DNA of 64,000 nt, from assembly GCA_047602405.1 (NCBI GenBank), contig JASGHJ010000001.1, forward strand, positions 1,824,001-1,888,000. The letters are read 5' to 3'. The first letter of the stretch is position 1; every line of letters begins with the position of its first letter. The stretch comes from Anaeromyxobacteraceae bacterium. Lineage in GTDB: Bacteria; Myxococcota; Myxococcia; Myxococcales; Anaeromyxobacteraceae. Below, piece after piece: positions 20,608 through 31,137 of the stretch. Both the position numbers and the translations under genes were made by a program. Below the pieces are notes generated by a model that was not told the origin of the DNA, made no database searches, and saw nothing but the letters and a program-made list of their open reading frames with translations.

Positions 20608-20727
20608 CGCGTTCTCCGTTCTGCGTTGCTGGTGCTGGTGTGGCCGCTGCTGGGGGTGAGGTGCTGCGGTGGCCGCGGCGTCGACGACGGTTGCTCTAGC
20701 AGGTGGATACGACAGCGGCTGGAATCG

Positions 20728-20754
20728 ACCTGAACGGATGGATACCTGAACGGA
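20728..20754 (-). promoter_or_regulatory. Putative LexA (SOS) operator upstream of recA
   Basis: Direct repeat ACCTGAACGGA at 20728 and 20744; minus-strand GTATCCATCCGTTCAGG matches 15/17 of the Myxococcus LexA consensus CTRHAMRYBYGTTCAGS (recalled from memory). Confidence 0.55.
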
Positions 20755-20896
20755 CGGCTTCGCGGCAAGAAAATTGGCGTAAATACCTACGGGGTGCGAA
20801 GAACGGGGTAACCAGGGGGGTATTCGCCGCTTCGCCCGTACGGGGCGAGGTCGACGTCGCGTCCGGAGGGACGACGTCGCAAGGGACCAGACGACG

Positions 20897-21484
20897 ATGC
20901 CCGCCGACCGCAAGGACCTCGCTGCCCGCATCGCGGTCGCCACCCCGCACGACACCGTCCGCGGCGTGGTCTTCAACGCGATCTTCTCGGTCGTGCGCGA
21001 GCACGCCGACGAGGCCGCCGCCCGCAAGGTCGACAGCGTCTCGGGCAAGGGCTCGCGCACCGAGTTCTTCACGTACCCCGTGGCCGACTACCTCAACCTC
21101 ATCTTCAACGCGGCCGACCTCCTCGAGCGCCAGCTCGGCGGCACCGACCCCGTCTACTACAAGGTCGGCGCGCGCGCGGCGGAGCTCATCGCCGCCTCCA
21201 TGCTCGGCAAGACGCTCCTCGCGCTCGCCGCGGGCGGCGGCACCCGCGCGCTCATGCAGCACATGCCCGGCGGCTACCGCGCCACCGTGAGCTACGGCGA
21301 GCGCACCGTCACCTGGCTCGGCGACAGGCACGCGCGCTACGTCTTCACGCGCGACTTCCTCGTGCCGCCGTTCCACGCGGGCGTGCTCGCCGTCGGCGCG
21401 ATCGTCGGCGGCGGGAAGAACGTGAAGGCCACCGGACGCCAGACCGGCCTGCTCGAGGCCGTCTACGACGTGACCTGGGAGTGA
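20897..21484 (+). CDS. DUF2378 (TIGR02265-like, myxobacterial) family protein
   Basis: [48 protein letters not shown]. Confidence 0.75.
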   Translation: MPADRKDLAARIAVATPHDTVRGVVFNAIFSVVREHADEAAARKVDSVSGKGSRTEFFTYPVADYLNLIFNAADLLERQLGGTDPVYYKVGARAAELIAASMLGKTLLALAAGGGTRALMQHMPGGYRATVSYGERTVTWLGDRHARYVFTRDFLVPPFHAGVLAVGAIVGGGKNVKATGRQTGLLEAVYDVTWE

Positions 21485-21501
21485 AGTTTCACGGGGGGCG
21501 T

Positions 21502-21547
21502 CCCTCGACTCCGGCCCGCTTCGCGGGCCTACGCTCGGGATGAGCGG
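21502..21547. repeat. REP-like palindromic element between convergent genes
   Basis: CCCTCGACTCC-GGCCCGCttcGCGGGCC-TACGCTCGGGATGAGCGG. Confidence 0.85.
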
Positions 21548-21564
21548 TTCCCCCCGCCCCGAGC

Positions 21565-22167
21565 TCAGGCCTTCGCGCCGCCGCCCCCCACCAGGAAGCC
21601 CCCCGGATCGAGCCCGAGCCGCCGCACGGCGAGATCCCAGCGCTGCTCGAGGGGCACGTCGAACACGAGGTCGGTGTGGAGCGGCATCGGGATCGACGCG
21701 CCGCTCCCGACCTCCTCCTCCACCTGCAAGGGCGCCCAGCCCGCGTAGCCGAGGAGCAGGTGGTACGGGCCCGCGCCGCGCGTGTGCACGAGCGCCTCGA
21801 GGAGCTCCCTCGAGCCGCCGAGCGAGAGGCCCTCGCAGACCTCCACCGAGCCGGCCGCGTCGGGCGCGACCGCGCCGGGCCGGAAGAGCACCCACAGCCG
21901 CTCGGGCTGCACCGGCCCGCCCACGAGCACCGGCCCGCCGGCGAGCCCGCCGAGCTCTCCCGCCACGCGCAGCTCGTCGTCGACCGAGCCGAGCACCTCG
22001 CCGATCGAGACGGGCCCGGCGCGGTTCACGACGAAGCCGAGCGCGCCCTCGCCGTGGTGCTCGGCCATGAGGACGAGGGAGCCCGCGAAGTTCGGATCGG
22101 CGAGCGCGGGCGCCGCGACGAGGAACCCCGGCGCGAGCCCGGAGGCGGTGGCGACCGACTCTGCCAT
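21565..22167 (-). CDS. YqgE/AlgH family protein
   Basis: FLVAAPALADPNF, GALGFVVNR, GGPV, LGYAGWAPLQVEEE. Confidence 0.9.
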   Translation of the reverse strand: MAESVATASGLAPGFLVAAPALADPNFAGSLVLMAEHHGEGALGFVVNRAGPVSIGEVLGSVDDELRVAGELGGLAGGPVLVGGPVQPERLWVLFRPGAVAPDAAGSVEVCEGLSLGGSRELLEALVHTRGAGPYHLLLGYAGWAPLQVEEEVGSGASIPMPLHTDLVFDVPLEQRWDLAVRRLGLDPGGFLVGGGGAKA

Positions 22168-22206
22168 GAGGGAGAGGGTCGCGCGCCGGGGGCCCGCGGC
22201 GCAAGC

Positions 22207-22259
22207 CCCTCGACTCCGGCCCGCGGAGCTGCGCTCCACGGAGCCTACGCTCGGGGCGG
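22207..22259. repeat. REP-like palindromic element with extended hairpin
   Basis: CCCTCGACTCC-GGCCCGCGGAGCtgcGCTCCACGGAGCC-TACGCTCGGG. Confidence 0.75.
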
Positions 22260-22267
22260 CTCGCCCG

Positions 22268-23443
22268 TCAGGGGAATGCGGGCGCGACCGTCGCCGTCAC
22301 CGGCTCCCAGCCCTTGCGCTCGGCCACCGCCGCGCGCAGGAAGGCGCGGACCTTCGCCGCGTCGGTCGGGTCGATGTCCTTGCGCGCGAGCTTGCGCAGG
22401 CGCGGCTCCCCGGTGAGGCGATCGACGACCACGAGCTCGACGAGGAGGTCGTCGCCCGCGAACATGCCCCGGTCGTCGAGCGGCAGCGCCGGCGGGGGGC
22501 CGAGGCGCAGCTCGCTGAGCTCGGGTGGCGCTTCCTCCGGCATCGGGAGCGCCGCGCCGGGCGCCTCCTCGGCGGCGCCGGCGGGCGCGACCGTCCACGA
22601 CTCGAGCGGCTGCTGGAAGCCGTTCGCGTAAGGGCCTTCCTCGTAGGGGCCGGCGTACGGCGCCGGCGGCGGCGGCGTGAGGTCGACGTACACGCCCCAG
22701 TTCACGTAGGGGTCACCCCACACGTAGACGCCGTCGTGCGGGTAGCGGGGCGGCACGGCCCAGGGCACGGGCGCCGGGCGGACGCCGGGCGCGGGCCGCA
22801 CCCCGGGCACCGGGGGACGGACCGGGCGCGGGCCGCGCGTGGGCAGTGGGATCGGCAGCCCGCCGCGCCCGCCGCCGCGCGCGATGGCGCCGCCCGCATG
22901 CGTCGCGCCGCGGGCGGGCGCCGGCGCCGCGCGGGCGCCGCCGCCCGAGACCTTCGGCACCTTGCCGCCTCCACCGCCCTTGCCCTCGGTGAGCACGAGG
23001 ATGGCGATGGCGACCACGACAACGAAGCCGACCACGAGGCCGACCGTCGCCGCGGTCTGGTTGGCGCGGCGCCCCGAGGTCCGCGTCACGCCCTGCGCGC
23101 GCACGACGAGGAGGCCGTCGTCGTCGCCGGGCGCCGTGAGGCCCTTCGCGGCCTCCGCGAGCGCCCGCTGCGCCTTCGCGCCGGCCTCCTGCTGCTCGGC
23201 CTGCGTGGGCGCCTCGCCGCCCTCCACCCAGAGCGCGAGCTGCGGGTCCACGGCGCCGCCGCGGACCGGGATGACCTCGGGCATCAGGGTCGCGGGCGCG
23301 CGCACCGAGGCGCAGCCGAACGTGAAGAGGACCGCGAGCGAGAGGACGCGCAGGCCGCGCGACGGGCGGCCGCTGCCAGCGAGGGGTGCGCCAGGCACCC
23401 CTCGACGAGGACCGTGCCGGCGGGTGGGCGTCTTCGGCAGCAT
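22268..23443 (-). CDS. Hypothetical proline-rich putative lipoprotein with internal TM segment (start uncertain)
   Basis: Lipobox-like FTFGC, TM VGLVVGFVVVVAIAILVL, Gly/Pro-rich low-complexity region. Confidence 0.5.
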   Translation of the reverse strand: MLPKTPTRRHGPRRGVPGAPLAGSGRPSRGLRVLSLAVLFTFGCASVRAPATLMPEVIPVRGGAVDPQLALWVEGGEAPTQAEQQEAGAKAQRALAEAAKGLTAPGDDDGLLVVRAQGVTRTSGRRANQTAATVGLVVGFVVVVAIAILVLTEGKGGGGGKVPKVSGGGARAAPAPARGATHAGGAIARGGGRGGLPIPLPTRGPRPVRPPVPGVRPAPGVRPAPVPWAVPPRYPHDGVYVWGDPYVNWGVYVDLTPPPPAPYAGPYEEGPYANGFQQPLESWTVAPAGAAEEAPGAALPMPEEAPPELSELRLGPPPALPLDDRGMFAGDDLLVELVVVDRLTGEPRLRKLARKDIDPTDAAKVRAFLRAAVAERKGWEPVTATVAPAFP

Positions 23444-23582
23444 CGGAGGCTCCAGGGAGGGCGGCACATCTTCGCCGCAACCGATGCGGATTGCACGGCG
23501 TGCGCCAGCCAGGGCGCGGCCGAAGCCCGCGAAAGCAGGCGGCCGGGCGCCACACGGGGGGACGGCCCGGCGTGCCGGACAT

Positions 23583-24167
23583 TCACGGCGTGGCGAGCGG
23601 CGCCCGCAGGAGGTCCTCGTAGCGGGGCCCGGCGGGCGACAGGTGCGACTCGACCAGCGCGATGAAGTCGACCGCCCATGGGACGGGCGCGGCCCCGTCC
23701 GCGCCCGCGAGCGCACCCGCGAGGCGGGGCGCGCCCCGGGGATCCCGGGCGCGGCCGACCGTGAGGTGCGGCGAGAACGCCCGCTCCTCCGGAGGGAACC
23801 CCAGCGGCGCGAGGTGGCGGCCGAGGTCCGCGGCGAGCGCCGAGAGCGCGGCCACCTCGCCACCGACGCCGAGCCAGAGGACCCGCGGCCGGCGCGCGGA
23901 GGGGAAGGCGCCCGGGCCGCCGAGCGCGAGCGTGAACCTCGCCGCCGCGGCGGCGGCGCCCCGCACGGCGGCCTCCACGTCCGGCACCCGCCCGGCGGGC
24001 ACGCCGCCCAGGAACCGGAGCGTGAGGTGGACGTTCCCCGGCGCCACCCAGCGCACGTCGGCGGCGGCCGGGCCGGCGGCCCCGCGCAGCGCCGCGACGC
24101 GCGCGGCCGCGGCCTCGAGGACGGGCGCGGGCGGGCGGAGGGCGACGAACAGCCGGCGGGTGGTCAC
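23583..24167 (-). CDS. thpR: RNA 2',3'-cyclic phosphodiesterase (2H family)
   Basis: RLFVAL, HLTLRFLG and FSPHLTVGR (two HxT motifs), GAFP...PRVLW. Confidence 0.9.
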   Translation of the reverse strand: MTTRRLFVALRPPAPVLEAAAARVAALRGAAGPAAADVRWVAPGNVHLTLRFLGGVPAGRVPDVEAAVRGAAAAAARFTLALGGPGAFPSARRPRVLWLGVGGEVAALSALAADLGRHLAPLGFPPEERAFSPHLTVGRARDPRGAPRLAGALAGADGAAPVPWAVDFIALVESHLSPAGPRYEDLLRAPLATP

Positions 24168-24248
24168 GAAGGCGAGGGTGCCGTCTCTCGCCGGCCCCGG
24201 CAAACCCTCCTTGACGGAAACGCCTGCGGGGCCTACTCACGCGAACCC

Positions 24249-26324
24249 ATGCGCCGACCCCTCACGCCCGCCCTCCTGCTCGCCGCCCTCCTCGCCCCCT
24301 GCCTCGCCGCCGCCGACGAGGGCATGTGGACCTTCGACCGCTTCCCCGCGGACGCGGTGCAGAAGAAGTACGGCGTGAAGACCGACGCGCGCTGGCTCGA
24401 GGCCCTCCGGCTCGGCTCGGCCCGCATCGCGCAGGGCTGCTCGGCGAGCTTCGTGTCGGCCGACGGCCTCGTGATGACGAACCACCACTGCGTCCACACC
24501 TGCGTCGAGCAGCTCTCGACCGGCGGCAAGGACCTCGTGAAGGACGGGTTCGTCGCGGCGAAGGTGGCCGACGAGAAGAAGTGCCCCGACCTCGAGCTCA
24601 ACCAGCTCGTGGGCATCACCGACGTCACGGCGAAGGTGAAGGACGCGACGAAGGGGCTCGACGGCGAGGGCTGGAAGAGGGCGTTCGACGCGACGAAGGC
24701 CGGGCTCGAGAAGGGCTGCCAGACCTCGCCCGAGCTGCGCTGCGAGCTCGTCACGCTGTTCCAGGGCGGCGCCTACGCCGTCTACGCCTACCGCCGGTAC
24801 GCCGACGTCCGGCTCGTCTTCGCGCCGGAGTTCGGCATCGCGTTCTTCGGCGGCGACCCCGACAACTTCGAGTTCCCCCGCTACGACCTCGACTCCGCCT
24901 TCGTGCGCGTCTACGAGGGCGGCAAGCCCGCCCGGATGAAGAGCTTCCTGCGCTGGTCGCCCGCGGGCGCGAAGGCGGGCGAGCCGGTGTTCGTCTCGGG
25001 CAACCCGGGCACGACCCACCGCGGCTACACCGCCGCCCAGCTCGGCTACGAGCGCGAGGTCGCGGTGCCGGAGCGCCTCGCCGAGCTCTCCGAGCTGCGC
25101 GGCGTGCTGCGCGGCTACCAGCGCGAGGGCGCGGAGGAGAAGCGCACCTCGACGGCGCTGCTCTTCTACACGGAGAACTCGCTCAAGGTGTACCGCGGCC
25201 TCCTCGCGGCGCTCACCGAGCCCTCGGTCAAGAAGGACGTCGAGGATCGCGAGCGGGCGCTGCGCGCGCGCATCGCCGCGAAGCCCGAGGTGGCCGCGAA
25301 GGCGGACCCGGCGTTCGCCGCCCTCGAGGCGGTGCAGGTGACGAAGCGGTCGCTCCGGACCGCGTACGGCGCGCTCGAGAAGCGCCCGGCCCCCGGCTCG
25401 CACCTCTTCTCGTTCGCGCGCGACCTCGTGCGCGGGGCGGCGGAGCGCGCGAAGCCGAGCGCGGACCGGCTCCCCGAGTTCGCCGACGCGAAGCTGCCCG
25501 CCCTCGAGGACGAGCTCCTCGGGCCGGTGCCGGTGCCCGCGAAGCTCGAGGCGCTGCTCGTCGGCTGGGGCCTCTCCCGGGCGCGCGAGCTGCTCGGGCC
25601 GGACCACCCCGCGGTGAAGCGCGCGCTCGGCCAGGCGTCGCCCGAGGAGGTCGCGGCGAAGCTCGTGGAGGGCACGAAGCTCGCGGACCCCGCGGTGCGC
25701 AAGGCGCTCTGGGACGGCGGCCCCGCGGCGGTGGCCGCCTCGACCGATCCGCTCGTCGTCTGGATGCGCGCGTTCGACGTCGACGCCCGCGCCGCCCGCA
25801 AGGCCTGGGACGACGCCGTCGAGGGGCCGCAGAAGAAGGCGAGCGCCGCCGTCGCCGACGCGCGGCTCGCGGTGGACGGGACGAACGGGTACCCCGACGC
25901 CACCTTCACGGCGCGGGTCTCGTACGGCGCCGTGAAGGGCTGGACCGACCCCGTGAAGGGCGAGGTCGCCCCGTTCACGACCTTCGCCGGCGCCTACGCG
26001 CGGCACACCGGGCGCGACCCGTTCGCGCTGCCGCCCTCGTGGCTCGCCGCGAAGGACAAGGTGCGGCTCGACCTGCCCTTCGACCTCGTCACCGACAACG
26101 ACATCATCGGCGGCAACTCCGGCTCGCCCCTCGTGAACGCGAAGCTCGAGGTGGTGGGGCTGGTGTTCGACGGGAACCTCCCCTCGATCGCCGGCGACTA
26201 CTTCTTCGACGCGGCGCTCAACCGGACCGTGGCGGTGGACTCGCGCGCGATCGTCGAGGCGCTCGAGAAGGTCTACGGCGCGAAGCCGATCGCCGACGAG
26301 CTCAGGGCGGGCAAGCGCCCCTGA
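24249..26324 (+). CDS. S46 family dipeptidyl peptidase
   Basis: Signal peptide, ADEGMW, MTNHHC, FGGDPDNFEFPR, DIIGGNSGSP, FDGN. Confidence 0.92.
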   Translation: MRRPLTPALLLAALLAPCLAAADEGMWTFDRFPADAVQKKYGVKTDARWLEALRLGSARIAQGCSASFVSADGLVMTNHHCVHTCVEQLSTGGKDLVKDGFVAAKVADEKKCPDLELNQLVGITDVTAKVKDATKGLDGEGWKRAFDATKAGLEKGCQTSPELRCELVTLFQGGAYAVYAYRRYADVRLVFAPEFGIAFFGGDPDNFEFPRYDLDSAFVRVYEGGKPARMKSFLRWSPAGAKAGEPVFVSGNPGTTHRGYTAAQLGYEREVAVPERLAELSELRGVLRGYQREGAEEKRTSTALLFYTENSLKVYRGLLAALTEPSVKKDVEDRERALRARIAAKPEVAAKADPAFAALEAVQVTKRSLRTAYGALEKRPAPGSHLFSFARDLVRGAAERAKPSADRLPEFADAKLPALEDELLGPVPVPAKLEALLVGWGLSRARELLGPDHPAVKRALGQASPEEVAAKLVEGTKLADPAVRKALWDGGPAAVAASTDPLVVWMRAFDVDARAARKAWDDAVEGPQKKASAAVADARLAVDGTNGYPDATFTARVSYGAVKGWTDPVKGEVAPFTTFAGAYARHTGRDPFALPPSWLAAKDKVRLDLPFDLVTDNDIIGGNSGSPLVNAKLEVVGLVFDGNLPSIAGDYFFDAALNRTVAVDSRAIVEALEKVYGAKPIADELRAGKRP

Positions 26325-26531
26325 TCGCGGCCGGGACGCGGCGAGTTCACGTTCCGTGTCGGGCGAGGCCGACCCCTGGGTCGGACGGGCACCGCCTGCT
26401 CGGACGGGGCGCCCGCCCTGGTACGCGGACGGTAAGTCCGTGTCCTCCGGATTCGGCCCCTGATCACGGCCGGATCGCGGCAAAGCGGCGGTGCGCGCCT
26501 GGGCGCACCCCGAACCGCTGCGTCTCCCCGT

Positions 26532-26547
26532 TGGTACGCAACCTGCT
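26532..26547 (+). promoter_or_regulatory. Putative sigma54 (-24/-12) promoter
   Basis: TGGTACG-CAAC-CTGCT fits TGGCACG-N4-TTGCW spacing, about 67 nt upstream of the MCP start. Confidence 0.6.
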
Positions 26548-26613
26548 CATGGGACGGGCACGCCCGCCGGCGCGCCCGGCGGGTCACACATCACCCCAGG
26601 GCGGCCCATCTCC

Positions 26614-29331
26614 ATGCACTCCATCCGGAACCTCGCGACCGGCACCAAGATCCTCCTCTCGTTCGCCCTCGCCTTCGTCCTGCTCGCCCTCGTCGGCGGC
26701 ATGGGCTGGGTCGTCTCGAACCGCATCGGCGCAGCGCTCACCGAGGTGACCGAGACGCAGTTCCCGGCGGTGCAGGCGCTCGCCACCGTGAACGAGGCGC
26801 GGACCGCGGTCGAGAAGGAGCTCTACGGCGCGCTCGTGAAGCGGTCCGACGAGGCCACCCGCACGGCCGCCTTCGAGGCGCTCGCCGCGATCTGGAAGCG
26901 GATGGACGCGGGCACGGCCGCCTTCGAGGCCCTGCCGCGGGAGGACGACGTCCGGCTGGCCTGGGATGCCTCGAAGCGCTCGTCGGGCGAGTGGCGGCGC
27001 GCCGCCGAGGCCACCGAGGCGCTCGCGAAGGAGCGGGACCGGGTGCTCCGGTCCGGCACGCCCGCCGACGACCCCGCCGTGAAGTCGCTCGACGACCGGA
27101 TCTGGTCCCAGTTCAGCACCGCGAAGAAGCTCTACGCGGGCGCCGAGGCGGAGCTGATGGTGGTGGTGGAGCGGACGTCCGCCCACGCCTCCCACGCGCG
27201 ACAGGCGGGGGAGGAGATCGCCACCCAGGGCGTCGCCTGGGTCACGGTCGCGGTGCTCGGCGGCGGGCTCCTCGTGCTCGCCGTGGGCTGGGTGCTCGCG
27301 CGCGGCATCCGCATCACGCTCACGACGCTCGCCCGCGAGGCTGGCAAGGTCCACGACGCGGTCCGCGAGGGCCGGCTGTCGGTCCGCGGCGACGAGGCGG
27401 CCGTGACGCCGGAGTTCCGCCCCATCGTCCACGGCATCAACGAGACGCTGGACGCCTACGGCGCCCCGATCGTCCGCGCGCTGGACTACCTGCAGCGCCT
27501 CTCCCGGGGCGAGGTCCCCGCGCCCATCACCGAGCCGGCGCAGGGGGACTTCAACAACCTGAAGGACGCCCTGAACCGGCTGATCGCGACCGTGAACCGG
27601 CTCGTGACCGACGCGGGCGGGCTCGTCGAGGCCGCCGTCGCGGGCAAGCTCGGGACGCGCGCCGACGCCACGAAGCACGAGGGTGACTTCCGCAAGATCG
27701 TCGAGGGCGTGAACCGCACGCTCGACGCCGTCGTCGGGCCGCTCAACGTCGCGGCGAAGTACGTGGACGACATCGCGAAGGGCCAGATCCCGGCGAAGAT
27801 CACCGACGAGTACCGCGGCGACTTCGACGCCCTGAAGCGCAACCTCAACACGTGCATCGACGCCGTGAAGGCGCTCGTGTCGGACGCGAACGCGCTCTCG
27901 GCCGCGGCGGTGGCCGGCAAGCTCGCCACCCGCGCGGACGCCTCCCGGCACCAGGGCGACTTCCGGCGGATCGTGCAGGGCGTGAACGACACGCTCGACG
28001 CGGTCATCGGGCCGCTCAACGTCGCGGCGAGGTACGTGGACGACATCTCGAAGGGCGCCATCCCGGCGAAGATCACCGACGAGTACCGCGGCGACTTCGA
28101 CGTGCTGAAGCGGAACCTCAACACCTGCGTCGACGCCGTGAACGCGCTCGTCACCGACGCGAACCGCCTGGCCGAGGCGGCCGTCGCGGGCAAGCTCGAG
28201 ACCCGCGCCGACGCGACGAGGCACCAGGGCGACTTCCGGAAGATCGTCGAGGGCGTGAACCGCACGCTCGACGCGGTGATCGCCCCGATGAACGCCTCGG
28301 TCGCGACGCTCGAGCAGCTCGCGAAGCGGGACCTGCGCGCCCGCGTGGGGGGCAGCTACCAGGGCGACCTCGCCCGCATGAAGGACGCGGTCAACGCGAC
28401 CGGCGAGGCGCTGCACGCGGCGCTGCAGCAGGTCGCGGCCGCGGTCGAGCAGGTCTCGTCGGCCTCCACGCAGATCGCCGCCTCCTCGCAGGCGGTGGCC
28501 TCCGGCGCGTCCGAGCAGGCCTCCTCGCTCCAGGAGACGACCACCTCGGTCGAGACGCTCGCCGAGCGCACGAGGCACTCCGCCGACAGCGCCCAGCAGG
28601 CGAACCTCCTCGCGCAGGGCGCCCGCGGCGCCGCGACCGACGGCGCCGCCGCCGTGGAGCAGATGCAGGGCGTGATGACCCGGATCAAGGCCTCCGCCGA
28701 GGGGACCTCGCAGATCATCAAGGACGTCTCGGACATCGCCTTCCAGACGAACCTCCTCGCGCTCAACGCCGCGGTCGAGGCCGCGCGCGCCGGCGAGGCG
28801 GGGCGCGGGTTCGCGGTCGTCGCCGAGGAGGTCCGGTCGCTCGCGCTCCGGGCGAAGGACGCGGCGACGAAGACCGAGGAGCTCATCCGCCAGTCGGTGA
28901 AGGAGGCCGGCGAGGGCGAGGTGACCTCGAAGCACGTCGCCGGGAAGCTCGCCGAGATCGGCGGGGGCATCCAGAAGGTCTCCGACATCGTGGCCGAGAT
29001 CGCGGCCGCGGCGAACGAGCAGTCGGCCGGCATCGAGCAGGTGAACAAGGCCATCGGCGAGATGGACAAGGTCACCCAGCAGAACGCGGCCTCCGCCGAG
29101 GAGTCCTCCTCGGCGGCGAGCGAGCTGTCCGGCCAGGCCGAGGAGCTCGCCGCGATGGTCGCGGGCTTCCAGCTCGAGCGGCGCACGCTCGCCGCCTCGA
29201 CGGCACACGCGAGGCGCCCCGCCGCCGCTCCGGCGCAGGCGAAGCGCGCGGCCCCGGGCGCCAAGCCCGCCGCGCTCCCGGCGCCGAAGCGCGCGACCCA
29301 CGACGACGAGTTCCCGATGGCGGACTTCTGA
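26614..29331 (+). CDS. Methyl-accepting chemotaxis protein with 4HB-type sensor and poly-HAMP array
   Basis: Two TMs, tandem HAMP units, [35 protein letters not shown]-terminal DDEFPMADF. Confidence 0.95.
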   Translation: MHSIRNLATGTKILLSFALAFVLLALVGGMGWVVSNRIGAALTEVTETQFPAVQALATVNEARTAVEKELYGALVKRSDEATRTAAFEALAAIWKRMDAGTAAFEALPREDDVRLAWDASKRSSGEWRRAAEATEALAKERDRVLRSGTPADDPAVKSLDDRIWSQFSTAKKLYAGAEAELMVVVERTSAHASHARQAGEEIATQGVAWVTVAVLGGGLLVLAVGWVLARGIRITLTTLAREAGKVHDAVREGRLSVRGDEAAVTPEFRPIVHGINETLDAYGAPIVRALDYLQRLSRGEVPAPITEPAQGDFNNLKDALNRLIATVNRLVTDAGGLVEAAVAGKLGTRADATKHEGDFRKIVEGVNRTLDAVVGPLNVAAKYVDDIAKGQIPAKITDEYRGDFDALKRNLNTCIDAVKALVSDANALSAAAVAGKLATRADASRHQGDFRRIVQGVNDTLDAVIGPLNVAARYVDDISKGAIPAKITDEYRGDFDVLKRNLNTCVDAVNALVTDANRLAEAAVAGKLETRADATRHQGDFRKIVEGVNRTLDAVIAPMNASVATLEQLAKRDLRARVGGSYQGDLARMKDAVNATGEALHAALQQVAAAVEQVSSASTQIAASSQAVASGASEQASSLQETTTSVETLAERTRHSADSAQQANLLAQGARGAATDGAAAVEQMQGVMTRIKASAEGTSQIIKDVSDIAFQTNLLALNAAVEAARAGEAGRGFAVVAEEVRSLALRAKDAATKTEELIRQSVKEAGEGEVTSKHVAGKLAEIGGGIQKVSDIVAEIAAAANEQSAGIEQVNKAIGEMDKVTQQNAASAEESSSAASELSGQAEELAAMVAGFQLERRTLAASTAHARRPAAAPAQAKRAAPGAKPAALPAPKRATHDDEFPMADF
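27541..28290 (+). repeat. Intragenic 273-bp tandem repeat (91-aa double-HAMP unit, ~3 copies)
   Basis: GACTTCCG...GGCGTGAAC...ACGCTCGACGC recurs at 27685, 27958 and 28231. Confidence 0.85.
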
Positions 29332-29417
29332 GCCTCGCGGCGGCCCCGGGGCCCCGGCCGGCACTGCCTGGTTGGGGCCTCACGGCGCACGCGGGGGCCT
29401 GCCGCTAGAATCGCCCG

Positions 29418-31025
29418 GTGACCGGCTCGCGCACGGACGTCGCGCGCGGCCGTGCCGCCTACGCGGCACGGCGCTGGGTCGATGCGTTCGAGGCCCTGGG
29501 CCGGGCCGACCAGGCTCGCCCGCTCGGGGCGCAGGATCTGGAGCGGCTCGCCTGGTCGGCCGCGATGCTGGGGCAGGGCGAGGTGCTCATCGCCACCCTC
29601 GAGCGGCAGCACGCGCGGTGCCTAGAGGAGGGGGACGAGCCCCAGGCCGCGCGGGCGGCCTTCTGGATCGGCTTTCGCCTGCTCTCCCTCGGCGAGGTCG
29701 CGCGCGCATCGGGGTGGTTCGGCGTCGCGGGGCGCCTGCGCGCGCCGGACGATCACGCGCTGCGCGGCTGGCTCCTCCTCCCGGAGATCTACCGGCGGCA
29801 GCGCAGCGGGGAGCTCGACGGGGCCTTCGAGCTCGCGGGCGAGGCGGCCGCAGCGGGCGAGCGGGCGGGCGACGATGATCTCCTCGCGTTCGCGAGGACC
29901 CAGCAGGGCGCCTCGCGCCTTCGCCAGGGCCGCGCGCGCGAGGGCCTCGCGCTGCTCGACGAGGCGATGGTGATCGTCACGCGCGCGGACCTGCGGCCGA
30001 TCGTCACCGGCCTCGTCTACTGCACCCTCATCTCGGGCTGCGCCCGGGTGTTCGCGCTCGACCGCGCGCGGGAATGGACGGGCGCGCTGTCGCGCTGGTG
30101 CGAGACCCAGCCGCAGCTCGTGGCGTTCACCGGGCCCTGCCTCGTGCACCGGGCCGAGATCCTCGAGCTCGACGGTCGCTGGCACGCCTCCATCGAGGAG
30201 GCGCGCCGCGTGGCGCCGCGCGACGCGTTCGCCGCCGGGGCGGCCGCGTACCAGCGCGGCCAGATCCACCGCCTGCTCGGAGAGCTGGAGGGCGCGGAGG
30301 CCGCCTACGAGGAGGCGAGCCGGGCCGGGCGGGATCCGCAGCCGGGGCTCGCCCTGCTCCGCCTCGCGCAGGGGAAGGTCGACGCAGCGGTCCGCTCGAT
30401 CGCGCGGGCCGTGTCCGCCACGGACGATCCCCTGCTCCGGGCCCGGCTCCTGCCCGCGCAGGTGGAGATCCTGCTCGCGGCGGCCGATCTCGCGGGCGCG
30501 GAGGCCGCGGCGGACGAGCTCCTTGCCACCGCGGGAAGCACCGACTCGCCGGTGCTCGGCGCCGTGGCCGACCAGGCGTGCGGCGCGGTGCACCTCGCGC
30601 GCGCGCAGGCGGCGCCCGCCCTCGCCGCGCTGCGCCGGTCGCTCGATGCCTGGACGGCGCTCGAGGCGCCGTACCTCGCGGCCCGGGTGCGCGAGCTCGC
30701 CGGCCTCGCCTGCGGCGCGCTGGGCGACGCCGACGGCGAGCGCCTGGAGCTCGACGCGGCGCGGGCCGTATACGAGCGGCTGGGCGCCGCGCCGGACCTG
30801 GCCCGCCTCGCCCGGCGCGCGCGGCCGCGCGCGGGCGGGCTGACGGGCCGCGAGCTCGAGGTGCTCCGGCTGGTCGCCGCGGGCCGGACGAACGGCGCCA
30901 TCGCCCGCGCGCTCGGCCTGAGCGAGAAGACGGTGGACCGCCACCTCTCCAACATCCTCCGCAAGCTCGAGGTGCAGTCTCGCGCCGCCGCCGCGGCCCA
31001 CGCCGTGCGGACCGGCCTCCTCTGA
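29418..31025 (+). CDS. LuxR-family transcriptional regulator with N-terminal TPR-like region
   Basis: C-terminal LTGRELEVLRLVAAGRTNGAIARALGLSEKTVDRHLSNILRKL. Confidence 0.88.
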   Translation: MTGSRTDVARGRAAYAARRWVDAFEALGRADQARPLGAQDLERLAWSAAMLGQGEVLIATLERQHARCLEEGDEPQAARAAFWIGFRLLSLGEVARASGWFGVAGRLRAPDDHALRGWLLLPEIYRRQRSGELDGAFELAGEAAAAGERAGDDDLLAFARTQQGASRLRQGRAREGLALLDEAMVIVTRADLRPIVTGLVYCTLISGCARVFALDRAREWTGALSRWCETQPQLVAFTGPCLVHRAEILELDGRWHASIEEARRVAPRDAFAAGAAAYQRGQIHRLLGELEGAEAAYEEASRAGRDPQPGLALLRLAQGKVDAAVRSIARAVSATDDPLLRARLLPAQVEILLAAADLAGAEAAADELLATAGSTDSPVLGAVADQACGAVHLARAQAAPALAALRRSLDAWTALEAPYLAARVRELAGLACGALGDADGERLELDAARAVYERLGAAPDLARLARRARPRAGGLTGRELEVLRLVAAGRTNGAIARALGLSEKTVDRHLSNILRKLEVQSRAAAAAHAVRTGLL

Positions 31026-31082
31026 CGTGGGTGGAACCACCCACGTCGCGCCCGGGTGGGGCATGGGGACGACCCCCGAAGC
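31024..31082. promoter_or_regulatory. Perfect inverted repeat plus related imperfect palindrome, candidate LuxR operators
   Basis: GACGTGGGTGG-AA-CCACCCACGTC (31024-31047) and TGGGG-ACGA-CCCCC (~31064-31077) between the regulator and the monooxygenase. Confidence 0.5.
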
Positions 31083-31137
31083 CGCACACCGCCCTCCCGC
31101 GCCACATTGCTCCCGGACGCTGGAACGGGAGGATGCG

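Noticed and set aside
26460..26530. Possible c-di-GMP riboswitch upstream of the MCP (GGCAAA-like motif)
   Set aside because: The second conserved stem and tetraloop/receptor are not recognisable; a sigma54 motif explains the region better.
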